The notes: generated by a model from the letters alone, not told the origin. Positions 1 to 11,140 are shown, counted from the stretch's first letter. The stretch is DNA of 52,946 bases from Candidatus Thorarchaeota archaeon (GCA_003345545.1 PRDH01000016.1:1-52946), one strand, 5' to 3'. Program-made: numbers and translations.

Positions 1-35
1 AAGACTCACGAGTTCAAGTCTCGTCCTCAGCGCCA
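1..35 (+). tRNA. 3' part of a tRNA (probably tRNA-Ser), truncated by the window edge
   Basis: T-arm ACGAG-TTCAAGT-CTCGT, acceptor 3' strand CCTCAGC, discriminator G, CCA. The anticodon is outside the window. Confidence 0.8.
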
Positions 36-69
36 TTTATTCTCTATTGATCTTCCTTAGTGGCACCAG

Positions 70-120
70 AGGATGACAGAAGAATACAAAATGAGAAGAC
101 GAGAGGCAGCCTTCTGCCTC
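70..120 (-). terminator. Hairpin plus pyrimidine tract after the peptide pair
   Basis: GAGGCAG-AAGG-CTGCCTC 7-bp stem (103-120) overlapping the TGA, followed on the minus strand by TCGTCTTCTCATTTTGTATTCTTCT. Confidence 0.6.
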
Positions 121-208
121 AGCGCCTGTAGATGTAAGCATGAATAAGAGCATCGGTCGAGATGATTCTGCCAGAGGACTTTCTCTGGGTTGTCTTTGCG
201 AGTGCCAT
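119..208 (-). CDS. 29-aa small peptide MALAKTTQRKSSGRIISTDALIHAYIYRR
   Basis: ATG..TGA; SD GGAGGT about 8 nt upstream; paralogous to 215-319. Confidence 0.8.
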   Translation of the reverse strand: MALAKTTQRKSSGRIISTDALIHAYIYRR

Positions 209-214
209 GATACT

Positions 215-319
215 TTACCTCCGATACTGGTAGGCGTAGGTGATTGCCTCGGTCGAGTAGATTCGACCGATCTTGTTCTTCAGCGCAGATGTGTTCCGGG
301 TGTTAGTTGTTAGAGCCAT
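215..319 (-). CDS. 34-aa small peptide MALTTNTRNTSALKNKIGRIYSTEAITYAYQYRR
   Basis: ATG..TAA; TATATATA box about 33 nt upstream; paralogous to 119-208. Confidence 0.8.
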   Translation of the reverse strand: MALTTNTRNTSALKNKIGRIYSTEAITYAYQYRR

Positions 320-351
320 AATAGTTCACAAGAAATACTGTGTAGAGTTAG

Positions 352-359
352 TATATATA
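352..359 (-). promoter_or_regulatory. TATA box of the peptide operon
   Basis: TATATATA at a spacing typical of a leaderless or short-leader archaeal transcript. Confidence 0.55.
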
Positions 360-446
360 GCGAAGCCACTTGCGAGGGACACAGGATGAAGTCACAAGAC
401 GTGACTAGTCAGAGGGGGTCGTGAGGCAAATCAGAGTCATTCCTAG

Positions 447-866
447 TCACTGTACATGCAAGCGTGTCCTGCAATGTGGACAGAGATAGACCTCTCTTTC
501 GACTGGAACTGCGTTTCCGATGTCGAAGTCCATTCCACAATTGTCGCAGTGCAACATACCACTTAGAGAGTCGCCCTCGACAGGAAGTGCATGTTTCCTC
601 ATTGATGCTAGTATCGTATCGTCCTCTGAGATGTTGGTTGGGGCAATTGAACGACCCTGAGCCCATCTGAATGTGGCATAGAGCAAGAATATGACAATTG
701 GAATGTACATGAAGGTGTAGAGGAAGATCAGGTCAAGTGGTGTACTGACAATGACACCATAGATTCCGAGGACACCAAGTACGAGAACAACTGCGAAGAT
801 GAGCCATCTTCCTGTGTTTTGATGTCCATCTTGGGGATAGGGGTCATACGAGTCGTCATTCATCAT
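447..866 (-). CDS. Membrane protein with two TM helices and a C-terminal Zn ribbon
   Basis: Two hydrophobic segments; CDNC...CPHC. Confidence 0.7.
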   Translation of the reverse strand: MMNDDSYDPYPQDGHQNTGRWLIFAVVLVLGVLGIYGVIVSTPLDLIFLYTFMYIPIVIFLLYATFRWAQGRSIAPTNISEDDTILASMRKHALPVEGDSLSGMLHCDNCGMDFDIGNAVPVEREVYLCPHCRTRLHVQ

Positions 867-951
867 AGTAAAGAGACTCTACTGGTGAGTGACATGTAAA
901 GCCTTCCATATTCTCTTATTTGACTAGTGTAGTACGTTACTCGATACTTCA

Positions 952-2469
952 TCACATACTTCGCTTACGATATGCTGTAGCAAGTGCTAGAACTACAAAT
1001 CCAATCGTTCCACCGACTACTAGACTCAATTGTATAAGGGGTATTGCATCGCCAGAGGAGGTTTGGATACTTATGATGAAGCTACTATGGTAACCGGGAT
1101 CACAAGGGCATCCCTCTACGGAATATCCTGCGAGATATACCTGTCCGCCTTCGCCTACTGCAATGGCAATGGTTGTTTCATGGTACGCACTTCCATAGAG
1201 ATTAGAGAAGACCACACCGCCAGCTGTGTTCATGCGAACAATAAAACAATCATCTACTCCGGAGTATGGGTTGGTTGGATTTTGGATGAAGTCATCAGAA
1301 GCAGTTCTGCCTGCAATATAGATGTAATCATCAGAATCAATTGAGAAGGCTCCAGCGCTATCAAATTCAGAGCCGCCCATCTCCTTTGTATATTCTAAGT
1401 CTTCGAGGTCGTCATCAAGTCTGTATACTGCAAACGAGCTAGCAGTATGGAAGTTATCTAGAAGATAGACATAGTATTGAGAGTCAACAACTATCGACAT
1501 ACTCGGGAAGAAACCACGAGTTTTGAACTCACCAGAATCGAGGAGAGTGCCATTACCTGATATCTTTAGGACAAAACAATGCCCACCATAGTCAATACCT
1601 GGATAGTAGTATTCGTCGGTAGGACAAATATCCGTAGCACCAGCGACATAGATAGTACCACTATCTGTGTAGAAGAGATCTGACCCCGAATCAGTATATT
1701 GAGCACCATAGAACGAGGCATAGACTACCTCTGTACCAGTCGGATTCATCTTCAGAACATAACAATCAGTATCACCACTATATGTATCATCGAATGCGTT
1801 TACAATCGGGACCTCAGAGGTTCTTGTGCTACCAGCCAGATACGCATAGCCTTGTTCGTCAACTGCGAGTGCTTGAAAGTCAGCACCATTTGGTTTGTCT
1901 ATGAATTCAGGCCCGAAGAAGGTCGAATAGACCAGTGTCTGCCCATCAGGAGCAAACTTGGTCAGAAAGTACTGCGATGATTGATTAAAGTAATCACTAT
2001 ATGGATTGACTAATGGAAAATCCTCCGAGTAAGTAGAACCCAGAACATAGATACAGCCCAAGCTATCAACACAGATTGAACTAGCATAATCAGCACTATT
2101 TCCTCCCAAGAATGAAGAATACAGAATAGACCCATCAGTTGTATTCATCTTCATCACGAAGCAGTCCTGAGTGCCGCCAAGAGTGTTGTCAATACCGTCT
2201 ACGACAGGAAATGAGGAGTAACTTGTTGATCCTGTCACATAGAGGAAACCCTGAGAGTCAATACAAATATCCCACAATGATCCGATAGTCGAGCTATTGA
2301 GAATTGGAGTGCAATCAATGAATGATGCAAGTTGAGCAGTATCATCCTCTATTTGTTGGGCGCTCTCTAGAGATATTGTGGGAGTTGTAGAGATTGTTAG
2401 GAATGACGCAAAAAGAAGTAGTAATAAGAGAGAGAATCCGGGTCTAACTGAACTACCACGATTCAACAC
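952..2469 (-). CDS. SBBP (beta-propeller) repeat cell-surface protein
   Basis: Signal peptide; repeated D-x-x-G-x-x-Y-(V/I)-x-G-x-T-x-S-x-x-F-P units; C-terminal TM helix plus basic tail. Confidence 0.85.
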   Translation of the reverse strand: MLNRGSSVRPGFSLLLLLLFASFLTISTTPTISLESAQQIEDDTAQLASFIDCTPILNSSTIGSLWDICIDSQGFLYVTGSTSYSSFPVVDGIDNTLGGTQDCFVMKMNTTDGSILYSSFLGGNSADYASSICVDSLGCIYVLGSTYSEDFPLVNPYSDYFNQSSQYFLTKFAPDGQTLVYSTFFGPEFIDKPNGADFQALAVDEQGYAYLAGSTRTSEVPIVNAFDDTYSGDTDCYVLKMNPTGTEVVYASFYGAQYTDSGSDLFYTDSGTIYVAGATDICPTDEYYYPGIDYGGHCFVLKISGNGTLLDSGEFKTRGFFPSMSIVVDSQYYVYLLDNFHTASSFAVYRLDDDLEDLEYTKEMGGSEFDSAGAFSIDSDDYIYIAGRTASDDFIQNPTNPYSGVDDCFIVRMNTAGGVVFSNLYGSAYHETTIAIAVGEGGQVYLAGYSVEGCPCDPGYHSSFIISIQTSSGDAIPLIQLSLVVGGTIGFVVLALATAYRKRSM

Positions 2470-2527
2470 ATACCATTCCCATAGAATATAGAGTAAAGCA
2501 CGTAATCTGCTTTTCGAAAAAGGTAGT

Positions 2528-2562
2528 CAAAAGAAAGAAAGAACGCGGGCCTTGCAAGCCCG
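2528..2562 (-). terminator. tuf terminator
   Basis: GGGC-TTGCAAG-GCCC hairpin followed by TTCTTTCTTTCTTTT. Confidence 0.6.
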
Positions 2563-2583
2563 GTTCTCAATGATACATACAAT

Positions 2584-3879
2584 CTACCTTGGAGTGACCT
2601 TGGTGACAATACCAACAGCTACAGTCAGACCCATGTCACGGACAGCAAACCTACCGAGCTGCGGGAACTCCTTATAGGACTCGATGACCATCGGCTTCAA
2701 GGGTACCAACTTTGCAACCATGGACTCACCCTTCTTGACAAAGTCTGGTTTCTCCTGGATGACCTGTCCGGAGCGTTGGTCAATCTTCTGTAGAATCTCG
2801 TCAAATCTACAGGCCACCTGAGCAGTATGGGCATGGACAACAGGGGTGTAGCCAACTGTGATAGCGGTTGGATGCTGAATGACCATCACCTGACCCGTGA
2901 AGTCAATAGCGACTGTTGGTGGCTTATCAGCAGGACCTGCAACATCTCCACGACCAAGGTCCTTTCTCTCTACGCCTCTGACATTAAACCCTATATTATC
3001 ACCAGGCACAGCCTGAGAGAGTTCCTCATGGTGCATCTCAATAGTTTTTACCTCACCGGTCTTGTCCGCTGGCATGAAGGTAATCTTCATTCCTGGCTTC
3101 ATGATTCCAGTTTCAACACGACCGACTGGTACAGTGCCAACACCCTTGATTGAGTACACATCGTTGATAGGTACGCGTAGGGGCTTCTCAGTAGGCTTCG
3201 GTGGGAGTACCACTTGGTCAAGAGCCTCAAGTAGACATGGCCCTTTGTACCATGGTGTGAGTTTTGGTGTTAGTACCTTGAGGTTAGCTGCATCAAGTGC
3301 TGAGGTAGGAATGAACGGAATCTGATCGATCTTGTAGCCGATGCTCTTCAGGAATCCTCCTACTTCATCCTTGACCTCTTTATACCGCTCTTCGCTGTAC
3401 TTGACATCATCCATCTTATTGACACATACGATTAGTGATGGAACCCCGAGGGTCATAGCAAGGTATGCATGTTCCTTTGTTTGTCCTCCAGGACCAACTC
3501 CTGCCTCAAACTCGCCTTTCTTGGCGGAGACAACGAGCATTCCTACATCTGCCTGTGATGCACCCGTGATCATGTTCTTGATAAAGTCCTTGTGACCTGG
3601 AGCATCAATAATTGTGTAGTAGTACTTGTCAGTAAGGAACTTGAAGAAGGCAATGTCAATTGTAAGGCCTCGTTCTCGCTCTTCCTTGAGTCTATCAAGT
3701 GCGAAAGCCCAAGCCCAGGATGGACGACCGAGTCGCTCGGCCTCTGCCTTGTTTGCCTGGTAAGTTCGCTCATCTACCGCACCAGTCTCGTAGAGCAGTC
3801 TGCCCGTCATAGTGCTTTTACCGTGGTCTACGTGCCCTATGACGACGAGATTGAGGTGCGCTTTGTCTTTTTTGCTCAA
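2584..3879 (-). CDS. tuf: Translation elongation factor EF-1alpha
   Basis: GHVDHGKST, DAPGH, NKMD, LGRFAVRDMG. Confidence 0.98.
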   Translation of the reverse strand: MSKKDKAHLNLVVIGHVDHGKSTMTGRLLYETGAVDERTYQANKAEAERLGRPSWAWAFALDRLKEERERGLTIDIAFFKFLTDKYYYTIIDAPGHKDFIKNMITGASQADVGMLVVSAKKGEFEAGVGPGGQTKEHAYLAMTLGVPSLIVCVNKMDDVKYSEERYKEVKDEVGGFLKSIGYKIDQIPFIPTSALDAANLKVLTPKLTPWYKGPCLLEALDQVVLPPKPTEKPLRVPINDVYSIKGVGTVPVGRVETGIMKPGMKITFMPADKTGEVKTIEMHHEELSQAVPGDNIGFNVRGVERKDLGRGDVAGPADKPPTVAIDFTGQVMVIQHPTAITVGYTPVVHAHTAQVACRFDEILQKIDQRSGQVIQEKPDFVKKGESMVAKLVPLKPMVIESYKEFPQLGRFAVRDMGLTVAVGIVTKVTPR

Positions 3880-4059
3880 TCTTATTCACCACGTTGTTTA
3901 TCGCCTGTCCACTGATTCGGACAGACTTTTGATGCTCCTTCGCGGGATGCTTTTAACGCTTTCGACAGGTTCCCTTGACCACAGGGAAAAGGCGTCTTCT
4001 TGATGTGATTGAAAACGGTAATTGATATGAGAGTAAGATTAGTACCGCATTTCGTCACT

Positions 4060-4602
4060 CTATTGGAGTAACTGCCGTATCCAATCGCGAATTTTATCCC
4101 AGTCCCGGAAGTCTAACTTCTCAGGGACTTCCTCACCGGGGGGCAGCTGCGCCTTCACAATCTTCTTCACTAGCGCACGAACTCCAAAGTTGTATTTTTT
4201 AAAATCAAACACGCCGCCGATGAGTGCGGTTGAGATAGGGGAGAATCCCGGGTGTTTTTCAACAATCTTATCTAGATAGGCCACCTGAGCTTGCCCGCAT
4301 TTCTCGGGGCTGCCCGCATCTCCACAGACCACAAAGAGTGCCACTCTTGTCTTGGATAGGAGGTCAAGATTGTTTTTGATAAAGTCCAATGGTTCCTTTG
4401 TCCACTGGCCAGCCGCAATCCCGCTTCCTATGATCACTAGGTCATACTCGTGTAGGTTGGTTGGTGGTCTGTCCTTCTTTAGAAACACAGCTTCAGTCTT
4501 GGTTCCCAGTCCTTCAGCTGTCTTGACCATCTCTTGAACTACTTCTGTTGTCGTTCCATATCTTGACCCGTAGCAGATGAGAGCTTTTTCTATCATGAGC
4601 AT
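4060..4602 (-). CDS. Flavodoxin-domain protein (HemG/Flavodoxin_5-like)
   Basis: YGSRYGTT FMN loop, YDLVIIGS, DFRDWDKIRDW; start adjusted to the ATG downstream of the AT-rich box at about 4630. Confidence 0.85.
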   Translation of the reverse strand: MLMIEKALICYGSRYGTTTEVVQEMVKTAEGLGTKTEAVFLKKDRPPTNLHEYDLVIIGSGIAAGQWTKEPLDFIKNNLDLLSKTRVALFVVCGDAGSPEKCGQAQVAYLDKIVEKHPGFSPISTALIGGVFDFKKYNFGVRALVKKIVKAQLPPGEEVPEKLDFRDWDKIRDWIRQLLQ

Positions 4603-4793
4603 CAGAACTGTGCTCGTATCTTCGCCTCTAAATATATTTCTCCCGGGAAACAGATCTCCTGTGTCCCTATGCTTCATGCGTGCTACAACGGAGTCCATGG
4701 CTTGATGGAAGCACGATTCTTGCGCAAACCTTGCACTATGATTACATCAACCACAGTAAGAGAAGACTGCTTCATCCTACCATTCATTGTTAA

Positions 4794-4935
4794 TTGGACA
4801 ATCTTGGACACCGGAGTGCCGTCCGCCCAGAGAACGGCACTGGGCACAACTCCGTGAGGTCAGCGTTCGTGTCGGGTCAACCTCAGAGTCGTGCTCCTCG
4901 ACACAGTATATAAACGCCTGTCCAACCTTGTCCAA
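4794..4935 (-). ncRNA. Candidate structured ncRNA or regulatory cassette bounded by inverted TTGGACA-N3-TTGGACA motifs
   Basis: TTTATATA box (4907-4914, minus), hairpin TGAGGT..ACCTCA, stem GTGCCGTTC/GGACGGCAC with pseudoknot potential. Confidence 0.45.
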
Positions 4936-5050
4936 GATTGAAGCAACTGCTGCATACCCCTCGAGAAGATCACACACTCTGAATCACTCTGATGGGCAGA
5001 AGCAAATGAAGAAGACACAGGAGAATATCGGCACATGCCAGCAAAAGGAA

Positions 5051-5707
5051 TTATCTCGCTGAACGAGCCACACGCTCACGCTCTTCTTTCCTGGCAACTG
5101 CAAAGCTACCAGAATCGTTCTTGTAAGCCAGCAGCAACTCGTCCACTAGGCACTCTTCGAAAGACTTGGCATTCTTATGTGAAGACCGCACAGCACCCAC
5201 CATGAGATATCTCAGGGCAAGATCGACTCTTCGTTGGGGAGCAACATCCACTGAACGTGGGTATGCCATTCCTCCGTACGAGATTCTTGTTGTTTCCTCA
5301 GCCGGCGCAGCATTCTCAATCGCTGTGACAAGCACTTGGATGGGGTTAAGACCGGTCCTGTAGTCAATCATCTCGAAGACTCTCCGGAGTTTGTTTAGCA
5401 CCTTCAATTTCTTACCAGCATTCTTTCCGGTTCGAGTCTTCTTCTCTTGACGCTTACCAGCATTGAGCATCTTGTTGGCAAACCTCTCGACAATGGGCAC
5501 ACTGGACTTGTGGAAACTCTTGTGTGCATGTCGGCCGGATGTATGAGGAATGAGGCCGGGTTTCAAAGAGATGTACCTTACTAGGCCAACATCAGTCACT
5601 TGGACTGCTGTAGCATCCCATTTGCCAAATAGAAGAAGGCTTGGAGGCGTGTGAGAGCGACTCTCAGCAGTAGTTGGTTGTGATGAATCGTCTGACATGA
5701 TAACCAC
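5051..5707 (-). CDS. rps7: 30S ribosomal protein S7 (uS7)
   Basis: PHTSGRHAHK, NPIQVLVTAIENAAP, VDVAPQRRVDLALR. Confidence 0.97.
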   Translation of the reverse strand: MVIMSDDSSQPTTAESRSHTPPSLLLFGKWDATAVQVTDVGLVRYISLKPGLIPHTSGRHAHKSFHKSSVPIVERFANKMLNAGKRQEKKTRTGKNAGKKLKVLNKLRRVFEMIDYRTGLNPIQVLVTAIENAAPAEETTRISYGGMAYPRSVDVAPQRRVDLALRYLMVGAVRSSHKNAKSFEECLVDELLLAYKNDSGSFAVARKEERERVARSAR

Positions 5708-6187
5708 CTAACGTATCGGTTTCTCCTTCCTTCCATAGATCAACGATTCTAGGGCGACACCGTTCACCTTACTCACTCTCCATCTGACACCGGGCAAGTC
5801 ACCAAAAGCGCCACCCATCGCACCACCAATTCCCTCCACCTCAACCGAATCGTGCTCATCGATGTACTTCAGACCACCGTCCCCAGGAATGAATGCTGTG
5901 ATCTGTTTTCCGTTTCTTGATAGCTGTATTCTTACAGCTTTACGAATGGCTGAGTTGGGCTGTTTGGACTCGATTCCGACCTTCTCAAGAACGATACCTC
6001 GAGCTTGAGGCGCACCCTCTAATGGGTCAGTCTTAGTCTTGAGCTTCAAGGCTTTGTTCTTGTAGGTTGACTTCTTCCAGCGAAACTTCTTCCTCTTTCT
6101 AAGAAGAGGTCGCGCTGCAAACTCGCCAACTGGGGACTTCGAACCTGTCAAATTGTCTAACCTCTTAGTAGTAGAAGCACCATTCAT
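5708..6187 (-). CDS. rps12: 30S ribosomal protein S12 (uS12)
   Basis: [21 protein letters not shown]. Confidence 0.97.
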   Translation of the reverse strand: MNGASTTKRLDNLTGSKSPVGEFAARPLLRKRKKFRWKKSTYKNKALKLKTKTDPLEGAPQARGIVLEKVGIESKQPNSAIRKAVRIQLSRNGKQITAFIPGDGGLKYIDEHDSVEVEGIGGAMGGAFGDLPGVRWRVSKVNGVALESLIYGRKEKPIR

Positions 6188-6280
6188 GGTGCACTCCGCT
6201 TGGTCGTCACGGCTTCGGGTTTGTGTTTCCTTAAAAGCCTTATCAAATGCATCTGATTAGAATGAGTGTCGAACTGCTCT

Positions 6281-6715
6281 CTAAGCTATCACTACGTTGT
6301 TCAAATCAAAATGGCGCCTGACTAGGATGCGTGCGCGGGCCACATTTCGACCATCGCGCCCGATGGCAATGCCACGATCATCGCTCTTCACGGTAACGGA
6401 GGCCACCTTGGTGCCATCCCTGTGCTCAATGATTTTCACAGACTCAACTCTGGCAGGGGCAAGAGCACTCTTCACAAACTCCTCTGGGGTTTCAGCCATT
6501 TCGACAACATCAATGGCTCTTCCAAAAGCGTCAGAGGCCGCTCTGACATTGATGCCACCCTTTCCTATTGCCTTTCCAAGTTGTTTCGCTCGGACAACAA
6601 CGATAATTCGTTCTCCATCGTCATCTCTAACGACATCTACTGCAGAAACTCCTGTAATCTGCTCGAACCGAGCAATTAGGCCCATGTCGTCCATTGAGAG
6701 CTTTACACGGGTCAA
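6281..6715 (-). CDS. nusA: Archaeal NusA (two KH domains)
   Basis: GKAIGKGG and GIAIGRDGRNV KH motifs; operon position. Confidence 0.95.
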   Translation of the reverse strand: MTRVKLSMDDMGLIARFEQITGVSAVDVVRDDDGERIIVVVRAKQLGKAIGKGGINVRAASDAFGRAIDVVEMAETPEEFVKSALAPARVESVKIIEHRDGTKVASVTVKSDDRGIAIGRDGRNVARARILVRRHFDLNNVVIA

Positions 6716-6724
6716 GAAATCGCC

Positions 6725-7018
6725 TCAGACCATCTTCAGAATCTTGGAGTCACCGGGCTGGATAATCGCAATAGCAGAAACCATGAATGGCTTGCCTACA
6801 ATCTCACCAAGGTCCCATGACGTCCCTTCGAATTCCTGCACTTTGACCTGTGCTAACTGAGCATACCTTGTAATATCCTCGTATTCATCCTTAGGACAGT
6901 TGGCAGCAACAACTACCAGCTTGGCCTCACCCTTCTTGATTGAGGAGATTGATGATTTGACACCTATCTTGCACTTCCCTGTGGCTACTGCACTTGCTAT
7001 TGGTTGATTCAAGCTCAT
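6725..7018 (-). CDS. rpl30e: 50S ribosomal protein L30e
   Basis: AKLVVVAANCP, LGEIVGKPFMVS, PGDSKIL. Confidence 0.95.
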   Translation of the reverse strand: MSLNQPIASAVATGKCKIGVKSSISSIKKGEAKLVVVAANCPKDEYEDITRYAQLAQVKVQEFEGTSWDLGEIVGKPFMVSAIAIIQPGDSKILKMV

Positions 7019-7114
7019 TTTATGCGCCTCATTTGATTGTCGGCAGACCGAGTGGTTTGCGTCTAATGATTTCCTGTTTTAATGTTTCCGCAGTGGTCCC
7101 TCTGATGCGTTTCC

Positions 7115-8482
<1,368 letters not shown>

Positions 8483-11140
8483 CTACTCCATCCTTCCTTT
8501 ACCAAGGACTTTCTCGATTGCTATGTCAATGTTTACTGACCGCCCGTGATCTGACTTGCTTGGATCAACTCCGTCATCGCCAAAACGAAATTGGACGATC
8601 CTTCCAGGTGCTGTTCGCACAGTACCATCCGTTTCTACCTTGAGATCTTGAAGCGCCGTCATTAGACGCCTTTGCATGTAACCTGAAGTTGAGGTTCGTA
8701 CTGCTGTGTCAACAAGCCCCTCGCGCCCTCCTGCTGCATGGAACCAATATTCGATTGGATCCAAGCCGCTCTTGTAGCTAGACTTGACAAACCCGTGTGC
8801 TCGTGCACCAAGGTCTCCTCTCTCAAAATGCGGCAGAGTTCTACCCACATACCCTCTACTAATACGTTCACCTCGTACAGCCTGCTGCCCTACAACAGCT
8901 GCCATCTGTGATAGATTGAGCCTTGACCCTCTTGCACCGGTCTGCGCCATGATGACTGCTGTGTTCTCCAGACCCAGATGCTCCCCAGCCACCTCACCAG
9001 CAGAGTCTCGCGCCTCAGCTAGAGTTGCCTTGATTCTCTGTTCGAGGGTTTCTAAGAGGGTCTGACCAGGATTCGGGTCGAACTCGCCTCTCTTGTAGGT
9101 CTCGATGAGTTGATTCACTTTATTGTCAGCCTCGGAGAGGATTTTCTCAATTCTCTGTGATGCAGCACGGGGCAACGTAACATCATTCAGGCCCATAGAG
9201 AATCCTCTGTCAGTGATGAGACGGACAAGGAGTTTTCCCACCGAGTCCATGAACACCCTGGCTGCAGTCGATCCCTTCTCCTTGATTATTCTGTGAAAGA
9301 GCGAGTCTGGCTCTCCTGCGCCGAATGCCTTCTCATCTATAACACCAAATAATAGATTGCCATCGCGTATGACATCAAAGGAGTCAAACTCACAGTCTTC
9401 ATGCTTACAGACAGTGCACTTTCTACATATGTTCGCTTTGAACGAGATATTGATTCCTTGAGGAATGAATATGCTGAAGATCTGTTTGCCAGTCCATAGC
9501 TCTATGGGAGCCTTGATGGCTGGCTCAGGAAGACTCTGTGCTCGATTCGCAGCTGCCAGCAACTGGTTCACCTGGTCTTTTGTGTAAAGACTTGACTTGC
9601 GAGTTAGGAGAAATGCTGCTGAGATGTAGTCTTGAAGTGCCCCAATGATTGGTCCGCCATATCTTGGTGAGAGTATCTGTTCCTGTACTCGCATGAGTAC
9701 TCTTGCTTCTGCGCGTGCCTCCTCAGACTGGGGGACATGCAGATTCATTTCGTCACCATCAAAGTCAGCATTGTAAGGTGGGCATACATACAGTGACAAC
9801 CTGAAGGTTCGGTACGGCATGACCCGCACCTCATGTGCCATGATGGACATTCTGTGGAGAGATGGCTGCCTGTTGAATAGTACAATATCGCCGTCAGACA
9901 GGTGACGCTCTACTATGAAGCTGGGTTCGATTGTGTCAGCAATAATAGATCGGTCCTTAACAAACCGAAGGTCCACTCTTCTGCCATCTGTTCGAATCAA
10001 GTAGTTACAACCAGGATGTCTGTCAGGGCCCCGAATGACGAGCTCCTTCATCTCATCTATGTTCCATTCGGTCACACGTTCAGGAATAGTCAGAATCTTC
10101 GCAATCTGTTCAGGAACACCCACCTCGTTCATGCTGAGGTTGGGGTCTGGAGAGATGACAGTACGTGCCGAGAAGTCTACACGCTTCCCTGAGAGGTTGG
10201 AACGGAATCTACCCTCCTTCCCCTTTAGCCTCTGGGCAAGTGTTCTCAAAGCCCTTCCTGATCTATGCCGAGCAGGCGGTATACCGCTCACACCGTTATC
10301 AAAGTAGGTTGTACAGTGGTACTGCAGAAGTTCCCAAAGATCTTCGACGATAAGTTGTGGAGCTCCCGCATCTAGATTTTCACGGAGCCTCTGATTTATC
10401 CTGATAATGTCAATAAGCTTGTGACTGAGGTCATCCTCGCTCCTGACTCCAGACTCAAGAGTTATAGACGGTCTGACGGTGACTGGAGGAACTGCAAGTA
10501 CTGTCAGAATTGACCACTCAAGTCGTGCGGCTTCGGGATTGACACCAAGTAGGCGATAGTCATCGTCTGAAACGTTTTCGAGTCGTGCTCTGATATCAAT
10601 AGGTGTGAGTCTAACAGACCCAGCCTCACCGACTTCATAAATCGAGGTGGGCTTCTCGAGCTTGAGTTTGAGTTGCGGCTGCTCGCAATGAGGACAGGTC
10701 TTGACCTTTGCAGCTCTCTTGAGAAGCTCATTAGAGAGATTAGCAGTCTTCTGGCCCATCTCTGGATACCTCCTGAATAGCTTCTGAAAATGATCAGTTT
10801 CCTCGTCTGTCAGGAGGATTCTGTTGCACTCTCTGCATATGGCACGGAGGACTTTATGGATGACCTTTGAATAGCCCTCGTGCATGATTGGTCGTGCAAG
10901 TTCTATGTGACCAAAGTGGCCAGGACAATTACCGACCCTATTCCCGCAGGTCTTGCAGCGCTGACCAGGATCAATCACACCCAACTTGGGGTCCATGATA
11001 CCCGAATCGATAGGATAGCCGTCCTCATCATAAGTATCAGCTACGACTATCTGTGCAACAGACATCTTACGGATGTCATCAGGCGATAAGAGTCCGAACT
11101 CGATTGAATCAATCTTCTTAGTGGTAAGGCCAGTGATCAT
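8483..11140 (-). CDS. rpoA1: DNA-directed RNA polymerase subunit A'
   Basis: YNADFDGDEMN catalytic motif; Zn-binding CKTC/CPGHFGH. Confidence 0.99.
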   Translation of the reverse strand: MITGLTTKKIDSIEFGLLSPDDIRKMSVAQIVVADTYDEDGYPIDSGIMDPKLGVIDPGQRCKTCGNRVGNCPGHFGHIELARPIMHEGYSKVIHKVLRAICRECNRILLTDEETDHFQKLFRRYPEMGQKTANLSNELLKRAAKVKTCPHCEQPQLKLKLEKPTSIYEVGEAGSVRLTPIDIRARLENVSDDDYRLLGVNPEAARLEWSILTVLAVPPVTVRPSITLESGVRSEDDLSHKLIDIIRINQRLRENLDAGAPQLIVEDLWELLQYHCTTYFDNGVSGIPPARHRSGRALRTLAQRLKGKEGRFRSNLSGKRVDFSARTVISPDPNLSMNEVGVPEQIAKILTIPERVTEWNIDEMKELVIRGPDRHPGCNYLIRTDGRRVDLRFVKDRSIIADTIEPSFIVERHLSDGDIVLFNRQPSLHRMSIMAHEVRVMPYRTFRLSLYVCPPYNADFDGDEMNLHVPQSEEARAEARVLMRVQEQILSPRYGGPIIGALQDYISAAFLLTRKSSLYTKDQVNQLLAAANRAQSLPEPAIKAPIELWTGKQIFSIFIPQGINISFKANICRKCTVCKHEDCEFDSFDVIRDGNLLFGVIDEKAFGAGEPDSLFHRIIKEKGSTAARVFMDSVGKLLVRLITDRGFSMGLNDVTLPRAASQRIEKILSEADNKVNQLIETYKRGEFDPNPGQTLLETLEQRIKATLAEARDSAGEVAGEHLGLENTAVIMAQTGARGSRLNLSQMAAVVGQQAVRGERISRGYVGRTLPHFERGDLGARAHGFVKSSYKSGLDPIEYWFHAAGGREGLVDTAVRTSTSGYMQRRLMTALQDLKVETDGTVRTAPGRIVQFRFGDDGVDPSKSDHGRSVNIDIAIEKVLGKGRME

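Noticed and set aside
25-126. CCTCAGCGCC at both 25-34 and 117-126 as a possible att duplication
   Set aside because: Only 10 bp, 92 bp apart, and the second copy is accounted for by the peptide's Arg-stop codons and terminator stem.
119-319. Peptides as HbYX proteasome activators or class III signal peptides
   Set aside because: Tyr is third from the end rather than penultimate, and no hydrophobic stretch follows the Gly.
375-385. AGGGACACAGG also present inverted at 4658-4668
   Set aside because: Single 11-mer matches are expected many times by chance in 53 kb, and the orientation relative to the promoters differs.
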